This document shows, one piece after another, positions 1 through 9,179 of a stretch of DNA of 64,000 bases. A program made the translations under genes and the position numbers. The DNA lies in the NCBI GenBank assembly GCA_964344935.1, contig CAYFPL010000001.1, positions 1,276,303 through 1,340,302 on the forward strand. Reading direction: 5' to 3'. This DNA comes from an uncultured Rhodospirillaceae bacterium. GTDB lineage: Bacteria > Pseudomonadota > Alphaproteobacteria > GCA-2731375. The notes below the pieces were generated by a model. That model was not told where the DNA came from. It saw only the letters and a program-made list of their open reading frames with translations, and did not search any database. Within the stretch, counting starts at the first letter, position 1. The number at the start of each line of letters is the position of its first letter.

Positions 1-171
1 GGGGAAGCGGTGGAAACCCCGGTTTATATGCGCGACGATTTGGCACCGAGACACGAGATCGCGGGCCCGGCAGTGATCGAACAGTTGGACGCCACAACGA
101 TCCTGGCGCCTGGCGATCATTGCCAGGTCGACGACAGCGGCAATTTAAAGGTTGAGCTCTCCGATGCCTGA
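1..171 (+). CDS. 3' end (partial) of hydantoinase A / N-methylhydantoinase A family gene
   Basis: Frame 1 reads GEAVETPVYMRDDLAPRHEIAGPAVIEQLDATTILAPGDHCQVDDSGNLKVELSDA* with no upstream stop. This is a typical C-terminal tail of HyuA/oxoprolinase A proteins. Its stop overlaps the ATG of the downstream B-subunit gene (ATGCCTGA). Confidence 0.6.
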   Translation, partial: GEAVETPVYMRDDLAPRHEIAGPAVIEQLDATTILAPGDHCQVDDSGNLKVELSDA

Positions 172-1861
172 CAGTCCCGACACCGTTCCACTTGACCCAA
201 TCACCCTGGAAATCCTGCAGAACAGCCTGCGCTCCATCACGGACGAGACCTATATCGCCCTGACCAAGGCGGCCTATTCCACCAACATTAAGGAGCGTCG
301 CGACCATTCCACGGCCCTGACCGACGCCCAAGGCCGCCTGGTGGTACAGGCGGAAAACTCCCTGCCCATCCACCTCGCCTCCATGCTAGGAATGATGGAG
401 GAGTTGCTGGCGAAGTACCGGGCGGAAGACATGGTGGAAGGGGACATCTTCGTCGCCAACGACCCTTACGTGGCCGGCGGCACCCATCTGCCGGATGTCA
501 ATTTGGCAATGCCATGTTTCGCCGACGGCAAGCTGCTGGGTTTCATCTGCAATATCGCTCATCACGCCGATATCGGCGGCATGACACCTGGCAGCATGGC
601 CGGCGGCATGTCGGAAATCTATCAGGAAGGGCTGCGCATTCCCCTGGTGCGGCTGTTCAGGGCCGGGGAACTGGTGCAGGACATCTTCGACCTCCTGCTC
701 CTCAACGTCCGGGTGCCCCACGAACGCCGGGGCGATTATTTCGCCCAGGTCGCCGCCTGCCGCCTTGGCGCCCGCCGGCTGGGCGAACTGTGTGTTCGGT
801 ATGGCGCGGGTACCTTGACGGAGGCCTTCGCCGCCATCATGGACCGCACGGAAAGCCGACTGCGCACTGGTATTGCCGCCATCCCCGATGGCGTCTACGA
901 ATTCACGGACGTCCTGGATAACGACGGCATGGGAACCGAAGACATCCCCATTTCCGTTCGCGTCGATGTGAAGGGCGAGGATATCGCCTTCGATTTCGCC
1001 GGCACCGGACCGCAGATGAAAGGCAATTTCAACCTTACCTTCAATGCCACGCAATCGGCGGTCTATTACGTCCTCAAGGCGATGCTGGACCCGGACCTGC
1101 CCAATAATCATGGCCTGATCCGGGCGGTAGAGATCGCCGCGCCCCTGGGCAGCCTGGTCAATGCGGAACATCCCGCCGCCGTGGCGGGGCGGGCCAATAC
1201 CTCGCAGCGCCTGGTCGATGTGATCGTCGGCGCCCTGGCTCCCGCCCTGCCGGAACAGGCCGTAGGCGCCGCCAACGGTGCCAACGTCACGGCCGTGTTC
1301 TACGGCCATGATCCGCGCTACGACCGGGCCTATGTCTATCTGGAGACTCTGGGCGGCGGTTTTGGCGGCCGTTTCACCAAGGACGGCAAGGACGGCGTGC
1401 AGGTGCATATCACCAACACCTCCAACCTGCCGGTGGAGGCGATCGAGGCGGAGTATCCGCTGCTGGTGGAAAGTTATGGCCTGATCGAGGATTCAGGCGG
1501 CGCAGGTAAATTCAGGGGCGGCATGGGCATCCGCCGCGTGGTCCGCCCCGTGGATCACGACTGCGTCTTTTCCGGCATGGGGGAACGCTTCGTACACCGA
1601 CCCTGGGGCATCTTCGGCGGCAAGCCGGGCGCCACCGGCCGCTTCTCCATCCGCGGGCCTCATCACAACGACGAGACCCTGCCCGACAAACCGAACCACG
1701 TGCCTTTCGGCCCGGACGATGCCATCGTCATCGAAACCCCCGGTGCTGGAGGCTACGGCGAACCCTCAGAACGCGACCCGGACGCCCTGGCCGCCGACCG
1801 CCGCAGCGGCAAATTTACGGACACGTATCTGGCGGAGAATTACGGTTCCGAGGGCAAATAG
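164..1861 (+). CDS. Hydantoinase B / oxoprolinase family protein (HyuB-like)
   Basis: 566-aa ORF with hydantoinase_B family similarity (ANDPYVAGGTHLPD, GGGFGG motifs). The ORF track begins at TTG 152. ATG at 164 overlaps the upstream HyuA stop. Confidence 0.85.
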   Translation: MPDSPDTVPLDPITLEILQNSLRSITDETYIALTKAAYSTNIKERRDHSTALTDAQGRLVVQAENSLPIHLASMLGMMEELLAKYRAEDMVEGDIFVANDPYVAGGTHLPDVNLAMPCFADGKLLGFICNIAHHADIGGMTPGSMAGGMSEIYQEGLRIPLVRLFRAGELVQDIFDLLLLNVRVPHERRGDYFAQVAACRLGARRLGELCVRYGAGTLTEAFAAIMDRTESRLRTGIAAIPDGVYEFTDVLDNDGMGTEDIPISVRVDVKGEDIAFDFAGTGPQMKGNFNLTFNATQSAVYYVLKAMLDPDLPNNHGLIRAVEIAAPLGSLVNAEHPAAVAGRANTSQRLVDVIVGALAPALPEQAVGAANGANVTAVFYGHDPRYDRAYVYLETLGGGFGGRFTKDGKDGVQVHITNTSNLPVEAIEAEYPLLVESYGLIEDSGGAGKFRGGMGIRRVVRPVDHDCVFSGMGERFVHRPWGIFGGKPGATGRFSIRGPHHNDETLPDKPNHVPFGPDDAIVIETPGAGGYGEPSERDPDALAADRRSGKFTDTYLAENYGSEGK

Positions 1862-1877
1862 CCTTGGTTTCCGCGGT

Positions 1878-3494
1878 TCAGTAATCTCGCGCCGTGCCCT
1901 CTGTCGTAACGAAGCCTTCCACTAAATCGGCTTCGATCGCGTCTTGTGACCGGTCAGTCGGCTTGCCGAATCCGCCGCCGCCAGCCTCAATCAGGGTGAT
2001 GCGGTCGCCGGGCTGCAGTTCGTAGTGGCCCTTGGGGTCGACCGTTACATCGTTGATCCGGTGTTCCCTGGGCCGGCCCGGTTCGCCGCCCATGAGGCCC
2101 AAGGGTGGAAAGTCGGTGCGGTTAGCCATGCAGAAGACATTCATGATGTGACCGCTGTCGTTGCGGATCACCACCTCCTGGCCCAGGCCGCCGCGAAAGG
2201 CGCCCGCGCCGCCTGAATCTGGCAACAGGTGTTTGTGGGTCACCGTGGTCGATGTCAGAGTCTCCCAAACTTCCACCGGCACCACGGCCATGTTGGAGGG
2301 GCCCGGCGTGGTCTCGGCCCCGTCGCGGCCGTCCAGGGCACCGAAGCCGCCGGAGGCGAAATAGATGGTTGAAACGTCATGGCCGTCCCGGTGCCGGCCC
2401 TGAAAAGTCATCAGGTCGAGCATGCCGCAATCGGCCTGGATCTGTTCCGGCACTGCTGGCGCCAGGGCGCCGAATACCAGGGGCGAGACGAAATGGCCGA
2501 TCATGTGCCGCGCCCCGGTGGGCGAGGGCGGCTGCGCATTCAAAAGGCAGCCTTCCGGCGCCGTCACGGTAACGGGCACCACGCTGCCGCCATTATTGGG
2601 CAACTCCGGTGCGGTCAGGCACTTGATGGAGTAGAGCACCATGGCCTTGGTGTAACAGAACGGTACGTTGATGCCCTGGCGCACGCCGGGCGCTGTACCG
2701 GCGAAATCCACAGACAGGGCATTGCCCGCAACCTGGACCTTGCAGGCCAGGGTCAGGGCGCCCTCGACCCCTTCGATCTGAATGGCGTTTTCATAATCGC
2801 CGTCGGCCATTCTCCCGATCGCCGCCCGCGTCGCCTGTTCCGAGCGGCCGCGGATCTGCCCCGAGAGGGCCTGGAAGTCGGGCAGGCCGTATTCATGCAG
2901 GAAGGCCATGAGCATGTCATCACCCGCCTTCACGGCGGTGACGTTTGCCATCAGATCGCCGATCACTTGGTCCGGTGCGCGCACATTATTGCGCACCAGT
3001 TCGATAATGAAATCGTTGCGCCGGCCCGCTTCGAACAGCTTGCAGATCGGCAAGCGCAGGCCTTCGTGATAAATCTCCCGCGCCGCTGCGCCAAAGCCCA
3101 GGCCGCCTACATCCGGCAGGTGGGTGATGGAGATCACGTAGGCGACGATGCGGCCCTCGTGAAAGACCGGGCGCATAACGTTGATGTCAAATGTATGACC
3201 GGTGCCAAGCCAGGGATCGTTGGTGATTACGACATCGCCGGGCCGCAGGGTATCGGCGGGGAATTTGGCCAGCATGTGGGCCAAAGTGGCAGGCGCAGTG
3301 CCCATGAACACCGGCACGCTGTAGGTACCCTGGGCCATCAACTCGCCGTCCGCGTCCAGCAGCGCTACAGTCAGATCATAGCTTTCGCTGACGATGGTGG
3401 AGAACGAGGTGCGGACGAGGGTAGTGACGATCTCGTCAGACACCGCGACCAAGCGGTCCCACATGATGCCCACGCTGACAGCATCCAGGCTCAT
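1878..3494 (-). CDS. Hydantoinase B / oxoprolinase family protein (second paralog)
   Basis: 538-aa ORF (NDPWLGTGHTFD, HLPDVGG). Convergent with the plus-strand HyuB-like gene, 16-bp gap. Start ATG overlaps the stop of the upstream hyuA-like gene (ATGA at 3491-3494). Confidence 0.85.
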   Translation of the reverse strand: MSLDAVSVGIMWDRLVAVSDEIVTTLVRTSFSTIVSESYDLTVALLDADGELMAQGTYSVPVFMGTAPATLAHMLAKFPADTLRPGDVVITNDPWLGTGHTFDINVMRPVFHEGRIVAYVISITHLPDVGGLGFGAAAREIYHEGLRLPICKLFEAGRRNDFIIELVRNNVRAPDQVIGDLMANVTAVKAGDDMLMAFLHEYGLPDFQALSGQIRGRSEQATRAAIGRMADGDYENAIQIEGVEGALTLACKVQVAGNALSVDFAGTAPGVRQGINVPFCYTKAMVLYSIKCLTAPELPNNGGSVVPVTVTAPEGCLLNAQPPSPTGARHMIGHFVSPLVFGALAPAVPEQIQADCGMLDLMTFQGRHRDGHDVSTIYFASGGFGALDGRDGAETTPGPSNMAVVPVEVWETLTSTTVTHKHLLPDSGGAGAFRGGLGQEVVIRNDSGHIMNVFCMANRTDFPPLGLMGGEPGRPREHRINDVTVDPKGHYELQPGDRITLIEAGGGGFGKPTDRSQDAIEADLVEGFVTTEGTARDY

Positions 3495-5557
3495 TCTCCG
3501 CCCTCCAGTTCCGCGACCAGGTTGCCTTGTGGATCGACGCGCACCCGATCGCCGGGGCCGATCACAACGGTCGACTCCCGCTCTTCGATCAGGGCCGGGC
3601 CGGCAATCTCCGCGCCAGTGGCCAGTTGATAGCGGTCATAGACCGCCGCCGACTGGAACCCCCCGTCAAAATAGGCCTGCCGGTTGCCCTTGGCGATCAC
3701 GGCATCCGCGCCATTGGGAGCCGCCGTGAAAAGGGCTGGTGCAGGTGCGACGGCCTCCACCTTCCAGGTTGTGATGACCAGCGGCGCATCCAGCAAAGCA
3801 GCGCCATACACCGCCGCATAGGACTCACGAAACAATGCCGGGATATCGGCAAGTTCGGCACCGGCGGGCAAGCTGACTTCGATCTCGTGCCCCTGACCGT
3901 GATAACGCATGTCCAGACGGCGCAGCATCTCGGTCACCTGATCCGTAGCCCTTAAGGGCGCACCGGCCTGTTGTTCCAGGGCCGCGAAAGTGTCTTGAAA
4001 GTCCGCCGCCGTCAGATCGTCGAGAAAAATCTGTCGGGTGCGGGCTACTTCGAAAGTCAGGGGACTGGCCAGCAGCCCCAGGGCCGACATCACGCCCGCT
4101 GCCACCGGAAAGACCACCTTAGCGATGCCCAGTTTGCGCGCCACGCCCAGGGCATGCACCGGGCCGGAGCCACCGAAGGCGATCATGGTGCTGTCGCGGT
4201 AGTCAAAGCCCCGTTCCGAAGCGTGGATACGAAAGGCGCGGGCCACGTCTTCGTCGATGATCTCGTGGATACCCCAGGCCGCTCTTGCAAGCGACAGATC
4301 CAAGGGTGCTCCCACCGATGCGTCGATGGCATCTTCCGCCGCTTTTCGGTCCAGGGCCATGGCGCCGCCAAGGAAGAAGTCAGGGTCAAGGTAGCCCAGG
4401 GCCAAGTTGGCGTCCGTCAGCGTGGAGCATTCACCGCCCTGGCCATAACAGGCCGGTCCTGGATCGGCGCCGGCGCTTTGCGGCCCCACGGCTATGGCGC
4501 CGCGCACGTCAGGCTGGGCGATGGACCCGCCACCGGCGCCGATTTCGATCATATCGATCACCGGCGCCCGCACCGGCATGCCGCTGCCCGCCTTAAAGCC
4601 ATGCACCCTTGCCACTTCCTGGTGATATTCCTTGATTGCCCGGCCGCCGCGGATCAGGGCGCCCTTGGCCGTGGTGCCGCCCATATCGAACGACAGCACC
4701 TTGTCGCAAGCGAGGGCCCGACTGTGATGGGCTGACATCTGCGCCCCCGCCGCCGGGCCGGATTCAATGACGCGAACAGGAAAGCGCCGGGCGGTTTCCG
4801 GTGTCAATGTGCCACCACTGGATGACATGACATAAAGACCACCAGAGAATCCTAATTCCGCCAAGCCATGTTCCAGACGCCCCAGATAGTCGTCGAACAT
4901 GGGCTGGGTAAAGGCATTGAGCGCCGTGGTGGTGAAGCGCTCGAACTCTCGCCATTCGGGACAGACCTCGCTGGAAACGGAAACCGCGAGATCAGGGAAA
5001 TCTTCCGCCGCCATCGCCGCCAAGGCCTGTTCCTGCTCAGTATTGGCATAGCTGTGCAATAGACAGATGGCCAGGGAGGTGATGTTGTGTTCCTCGACCA
5101 ATTGGCCAAGATTGCGCCGCGCCTCCTGCAGATCCAACGGCACCTCGATGGTGCCATCGTAGTGACAGCGCTCCGTGACCTCGGCCCGCATGCGTCTTGG
5201 CACGATTGGATCGGGGAATGTCAGGCGAAGATCGAAGACGTCGTAGCGTTTCTCCTGCCGCATATCCAGGATGTCACGGAAACCCTTGGTCGTCAGCATG
5301 CCGGTGCGGGCGCCCTTGCGTTCGATTACCGCATTGGTGACCAATGTGGTGCCGTGGACGATCTCGCGCACCGCCGCCATGCTCACATCCTCCCGCACCA
5401 GCAGGGTCCGCGTTCCCTCAAGTACCGCACGGGACGGATCATCAGGTGTCGTCAGTTGCTTGTGAATGGCCAATCGCCCGCCCCGTTCGTCGTAGAGCGC
5501 GAAATCGGTGAAGGTGCCGCCGATATCGACGCCCAGTCTGTAGGGGCGGTCGGTCAT
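3491..5557 (-). CDS. Hydantoinase A / oxoprolinase family protein (HyuA-like)
   Basis: 688 aa. N-terminal RLGVDIGGTFTDFAL ATPase motif of the hydantoinase_A / ASKHA fold. Forms an A/B pair with 1878-3494. Confidence 0.85.
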   Translation of the reverse strand: MTDRPYRLGVDIGGTFTDFALYDERGGRLAIHKQLTTPDDPSRAVLEGTRTLLVREDVSMAAVREIVHGTTLVTNAVIERKGARTGMLTTKGFRDILDMRQEKRYDVFDLRLTFPDPIVPRRMRAEVTERCHYDGTIEVPLDLQEARRNLGQLVEEHNITSLAICLLHSYANTEQEQALAAMAAEDFPDLAVSVSSEVCPEWREFERFTTTALNAFTQPMFDDYLGRLEHGLAELGFSGGLYVMSSSGGTLTPETARRFPVRVIESGPAAGAQMSAHHSRALACDKVLSFDMGGTTAKGALIRGGRAIKEYHQEVARVHGFKAGSGMPVRAPVIDMIEIGAGGGSIAQPDVRGAIAVGPQSAGADPGPACYGQGGECSTLTDANLALGYLDPDFFLGGAMALDRKAAEDAIDASVGAPLDLSLARAAWGIHEIIDEDVARAFRIHASERGFDYRDSTMIAFGGSGPVHALGVARKLGIAKVVFPVAAGVMSALGLLASPLTFEVARTRQIFLDDLTAADFQDTFAALEQQAGAPLRATDQVTEMLRRLDMRYHGQGHEIEVSLPAGAELADIPALFRESYAAVYGAALLDAPLVITTWKVEAVAPAPALFTAAPNGADAVIAKGNRQAYFDGGFQSAAVYDRYQLATGAEIAGPALIEERESTVVIGPGDRVRVDPQGNLVAELEGGE

Positions 5558-5567
5558 GGCTGTCTCG

Positions 5568-7148
5568 TCACCGGTTATCCGGCAGGACGTCGACTGCGTC
5601 GCCGATGCCTCGTTCCCGCAACTCGTGGCGGGCGATCTCGTTTTTGGTCATGGTGCGGGGGAACTCCTCGACGAATTCGATGTAGCGCGGCACCTTGAAA
5701 AAGGCAATGCGGTCCTTGCACCATTCCACCAGTTCGCCCGGTTCAACCTCCGCGGCGGTTTGCACATAGGCCTTGATGTCTTCTTCGCCTATTTCCGAGG
5801 GCACGCCGACCACGGCGCAATCGACCACAGCCTCGTGGGCCGTCATGGCTTTCTCTACTTCAAAGGCGGAGACGTTCTCGCCGCGGCGGCGGATCCAGTG
5901 GGCCTCCCGACCGACAAAATAGACGAAGCCGTCCTCGTCCAGATAGCCCAGATCGCCGCTGTGGTACCAAAGGTTCTTCCAAGCAGCCAGGGTCTCATTG
6001 GGCTTGTTGATGTATTCCATCATGTAGGTATTGGGCACCTTGGGGCGGAGCAGGATCTGCCCGGTGGTATTGGCGGGCACAGGGTTGTCGTCTTCATCCA
6101 CGATCAGAACCTCGGCCCAGCCGTGGGGCCGGCCGCAGGAGCCGAGGCGACGGTCGAAAGTCCGTTCGCTGCAGATCAATACGCCCATCTCGGTCATGGA
6201 ATAGACCTCCATCATCGGCGTGCCGAAGCGTTCCTCGAACTCGTCACGCAGATCCCGGCGCACCTGACCCGCCGCGATGCCGACACCGATCCTAACCTTA
6301 TGGTCCATGTCCTTGTTCGACTTGGGCGCCCGCAGCAGCACGGCCATCATGGTGCCCAGGGGATCGATGATGGTAACGCCGTATTTACGGATTGTGGTCC
6401 AGTAGTTGGAGGCCGAGAACCATTTTTCCATGACCCCGGTCATGCCGTGATAGAGGGGGCCGGTGATGGCAAACTGCTGGCCGCCGATATGGAAGAAATG
6501 GGAATTGGCGAAATGCACGTCATCTTCGGTCGCTTCGGCGATATCGCCGTACCTGATGGCGGCAGCGATGTAATAGAGGTGTGAAACGAGCACTCCCTTG
6601 GGCATGGATGTGCTGCCGCCGGTGTAAACGATGCACATGGGATCCGCCGCGGCGACCTGGGCTTCGGGCAGGCTATCGTCGTCACCAACCAGGTCGTCGT
6701 ATGGCAAAGCGCCATCGACGGCGGTTTCGTCGCCCAGGACCAGAACCGTGGGTGCCACGGTCAATTCCGGCCTGGCGGCGATATAGGCGCGCGTCAATTC
6801 CTCGTCCACCACGAACAGCTTAGCGCCCGTGTCGTTCAGGGAATAGCAGAGGTCATCTTTGACCAGGGAGACGTTGAGGGCAGCGTAGACGGCGCCGATC
6901 TTGGCGCAGGCGAACCAGATCACCGCCTGCTCGATCGAATTGTACATCAGGGTTGCGACCACATCGCCCTTGCCGATGCCGTGTGCAATCAGACGGTTCG
7001 CCACGCGATTGGATAGCTCGTGGGCGTCGCCATAAGTCAGGGTGACGTCCCGGCAGATCAGGAACGGTTTCTCCCTCAATTCGGCCCGCATAATGATCAG
7101 GTCCCGCAAGGTTTCCGTATGGGGCGTGCGCCCCATAATGTCGATCAT
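5568..7148 (-). CDS. AMP-dependent synthetase/ligase (acyl-CoA synthetase family)
   Basis: AMP-binding signature YTGGSTSMPKG. Start chosen at ATG 7148 (MIDIMGRTPH), preceded by GAGGGTGGG. The longer ORF to 7187 would overlap the upstream gene by 26 nt. Confidence 0.8.
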   Translation of the reverse strand: MIDIMGRTPHTETLRDLIIMRAELREKPFLICRDVTLTYGDAHELSNRVANRLIAHGIGKGDVVATLMYNSIEQAVIWFACAKIGAVYAALNVSLVKDDLCYSLNDTGAKLFVVDEELTRAYIAARPELTVAPTVLVLGDETAVDGALPYDDLVGDDDSLPEAQVAAADPMCIVYTGGSTSMPKGVLVSHLYYIAAAIRYGDIAEATEDDVHFANSHFFHIGGQQFAITGPLYHGMTGVMEKWFSASNYWTTIRKYGVTIIDPLGTMMAVLLRAPKSNKDMDHKVRIGVGIAAGQVRRDLRDEFEERFGTPMMEVYSMTEMGVLICSERTFDRRLGSCGRPHGWAEVLIVDEDDNPVPANTTGQILLRPKVPNTYMMEYINKPNETLAAWKNLWYHSGDLGYLDEDGFVYFVGREAHWIRRRGENVSAFEVEKAMTAHEAVVDCAVVGVPSEIGEEDIKAYVQTAAEVEPGELVEWCKDRIAFFKVPRYIEFVEEFPRTMTKNEIARHELRERGIGDAVDVLPDNR

Positions 7149-7161
7149 TATCCCACCCTCG

Positions 7162-9177
7162 CTATTCGAACTGTCCGGCGAGGCCAACGGCGCCGGCCTG
7201 TTTCAGCGAGTCTATCTCGTCGTCGGCGAGGGACAAGACCCGGGCTAGGACCTCGCCGTCCTCATCACCCAGGATCGGTGCCGGCTTGTGGACGGCGGGC
7301 CGGCGGCCATCAACCCGCCAGGGGGCTGCAACCAATTCGTCCTCGCCGGTGAATGGATGCACAGACGGGACCCAGCCGCTGCAGTCGGCGAAGACCGATG
7401 CGCCGTCGGTTTCATCCAACTCCAGCATGTCGGTGTAATCGCCATCCCGCTCGCTGCAGGCTGCAACGATCTCGGCACGGCTGGCGCCATCCAAGGCCTG
7501 ACGCAGCGCCAACTTGTCTGAAAAGACCGCAACCGGAAAACTCACGGCGATATAACTGCCATCGTCGGCCGCCAGGATATCGCCTACGGTCTCCTCGTCC
7601 GGCATGGGCGTTCCTGCGAGGGTCGCCGCTGCTTCGATCTGGGAAACATCGAAAGCGCGGCCCTTCCCGTCGGCATGGACAGCCAAGGCGCCGGCAAGTA
7701 TGCCCATGGCGCCAAAGGCGGCGGCATTGGGATCCGACAGTGAGAAGGTCGGCGAGCCCAGGAATTCATCGCCTTCGCGGACCTGATCCTCGGCCCCGCC
7801 CAGGGCGCTCAAGACCAGACCATAAGAACGCAGGGCCTCGACACTGGAACCCCGGCCCGGGCCGCTCATGGACATCTGCACCAGTTTCGGATTGGCGTGC
7901 GCCAGGGCGGCTGCATCCAGTCCCAGGCGCTCCATGGTACCCACGGTGAAATTTTCGATCAGCAGGTCCGATTTCGCGGCAAGTTCTAGGGCCAGCCGCA
8001 AACCTTCCTCATGCTTCAGGTCCAGGGTCAAGCCGGATTTGTTGCGGTTCAGGCTATGGAAATAGAGCGAAGATTCGATCCTTGTCTTTTCGTCCATCTT
8101 CTTGCGCAAATGCTCCAGACCCCGGGTGCGGTAGAGATCGAAACGGCCCGGCGCTTCGACCTTGATTACGTCAGCGCCCAGGTCGGCGAGAATCTGGCCG
8201 ATCATGGGACCGGACCAGACCCAGCAGAGTTCCAGGCACCTGAGCCCGGCCAGCGGTCCGTCACCCCCGGCCATGTCCGCCCATGGATTCGATCCGCCCA
8301 CGCCGCTGCCCTGTTCGTGAATCTGAAACGGCATGCAGGGGACATCATCGACAATGAAACTGTCCCTGAAGACATCGCGCTCGGCCGCCTCCGCCTGGCT
8401 ATAAACCGGCGCGATGACGGCGCCATGAGCCAGGCCCTGGCGCAAGAGCTGATCGCGGCTGAACTGGGCCAGCGTGTCGCGCATCAGATCGTCCGCCTCT
8501 GCACTGTCCCGGGCCAGGGTGAAGGGATCTTGGAAGGCCTCGTCCTTGGCCCAGTCCGGATCGCCGATGGCCATGCGGATTTGCTGCCAATCCCGCCGGG
8601 AGCGGCCCAAAAGCGCCACATGGCCGTCCTTGCAGGGATAGAACCCCATAGGGAAGATGCCGCCATGATCAACACAGATGTGGCCATTACGCCGCCAGCT
8701 ACGGACCATCTCTTCCCGGCCGCCGGAATTCTGTAGGGAGAATACGCGGATCACATCGGCCGCCGAGACGTCGTACTCGATTTTTCCGTCGGCACCGTCA
8801 CGGCGGCGCCAGGCCTCCGCCAGGGCCAGGATGACGCCATAGATGCCGCACCATTTTTCGGGCATGTCGGCGGGCAATGGTCGGCCGGGGCCGTCCCTGT
8901 ATCCAATCACCGAGGCCGCACCGCCAACGGCACTGGCCAGGACGCCGCTGCCCCGACAGCCGACCTGGAAATCCCAGAGTCGGATCACACACGCAGCCTC
9001 GGACGGCTGATTATCGGCGACGATGGCAATGTCGGCCTGGTCCGGGTCCTGAGTGACGGAACCGCCTAACGCCTCAAGCCAATGCCGGGCATAATGGACG
9101 GACCGGTTGCCGGTCGATACTGCAATGCTTGCCGCCGCATCCAGCGGCAATTTCCTCGTTGGGCTCGCCGGGTTCAT
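7162..9177 (-). CDS. Family III CoA-transferase (CaiB/BaiF-like), unusually long tandem two-domain protein
   Basis: The C-terminal ~370 aa form a complete CaiB/BaiF-like domain (LRCLELCWVWSGPMIGQILADLGADVIKVEAP...). The N-terminal ~290 aa resemble the central and C-terminal part of a second CoA-transferase III domain. ORF track start 9183 is TTG. ATG at 9177 lies 2 nt after the upstream gene's stop. Confidence 0.75.
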   Translation of the reverse strand: MNPASPTRKLPLDAAASIAVSTGNRSVHYARHWLEALGGSVTQDPDQADIAIVADNQPSEAACVIRLWDFQVGCRGSGVLASAVGGAASVIGYRDGPGRPLPADMPEKWCGIYGVILALAEAWRRRDGADGKIEYDVSAADVIRVFSLQNSGGREEMVRSWRRNGHICVDHGGIFPMGFYPCKDGHVALLGRSRRDWQQIRMAIGDPDWAKDEAFQDPFTLARDSAEADDLMRDTLAQFSRDQLLRQGLAHGAVIAPVYSQAEAAERDVFRDSFIVDDVPCMPFQIHEQGSGVGGSNPWADMAGGDGPLAGLRCLELCWVWSGPMIGQILADLGADVIKVEAPGRFDLYRTRGLEHLRKKMDEKTRIESSLYFHSLNRNKSGLTLDLKHEEGLRLALELAAKSDLLIENFTVGTMERLGLDAAALAHANPKLVQMSMSGPGRGSSVEALRSYGLVLSALGGAEDQVREGDEFLGSPTFSLSDPNAAAFGAMGILAGALAVHADGKGRAFDVSQIEAAATLAGTPMPDEETVGDILAADDGSYIAVSFPVAVFSDKLALRQALDGASRAEIVAACSERDGDYTDMLELDETDGASVFADCSGWVPSVHPFTGEDELVAAPWRVDGRRPAVHKPAPILGDEDGEVLARVLSLADDEIDSLKQAGAVGLAGQFE

Positions 9178-9179
9178 AC

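Noticed and set aside
2379-3629. 416-aa plus-strand ORF and similar long antisense ORFs (e.g. 5556-6584, 9270-10301, 16623-17477, 22381-22998, 24772-25722, 35702-36475, 41153-42247, 46840-47649, 48348-49214, 58771-59652)
   Set aside because: All lie antisense to strongly supported genes. They have Arg/Gly/Ala/Pro-rich composition typical of GC-rich antisense frames, and lack RBS and family similarity.
7162-7187. Longer start (7187) for the AMP-ligase overlapping the CoA-transferase by 26 nt
   Set aside because: ATG 7148 has a better RBS and removes the overlap. The N-terminal 13 residues of the long form are not conserved-looking.
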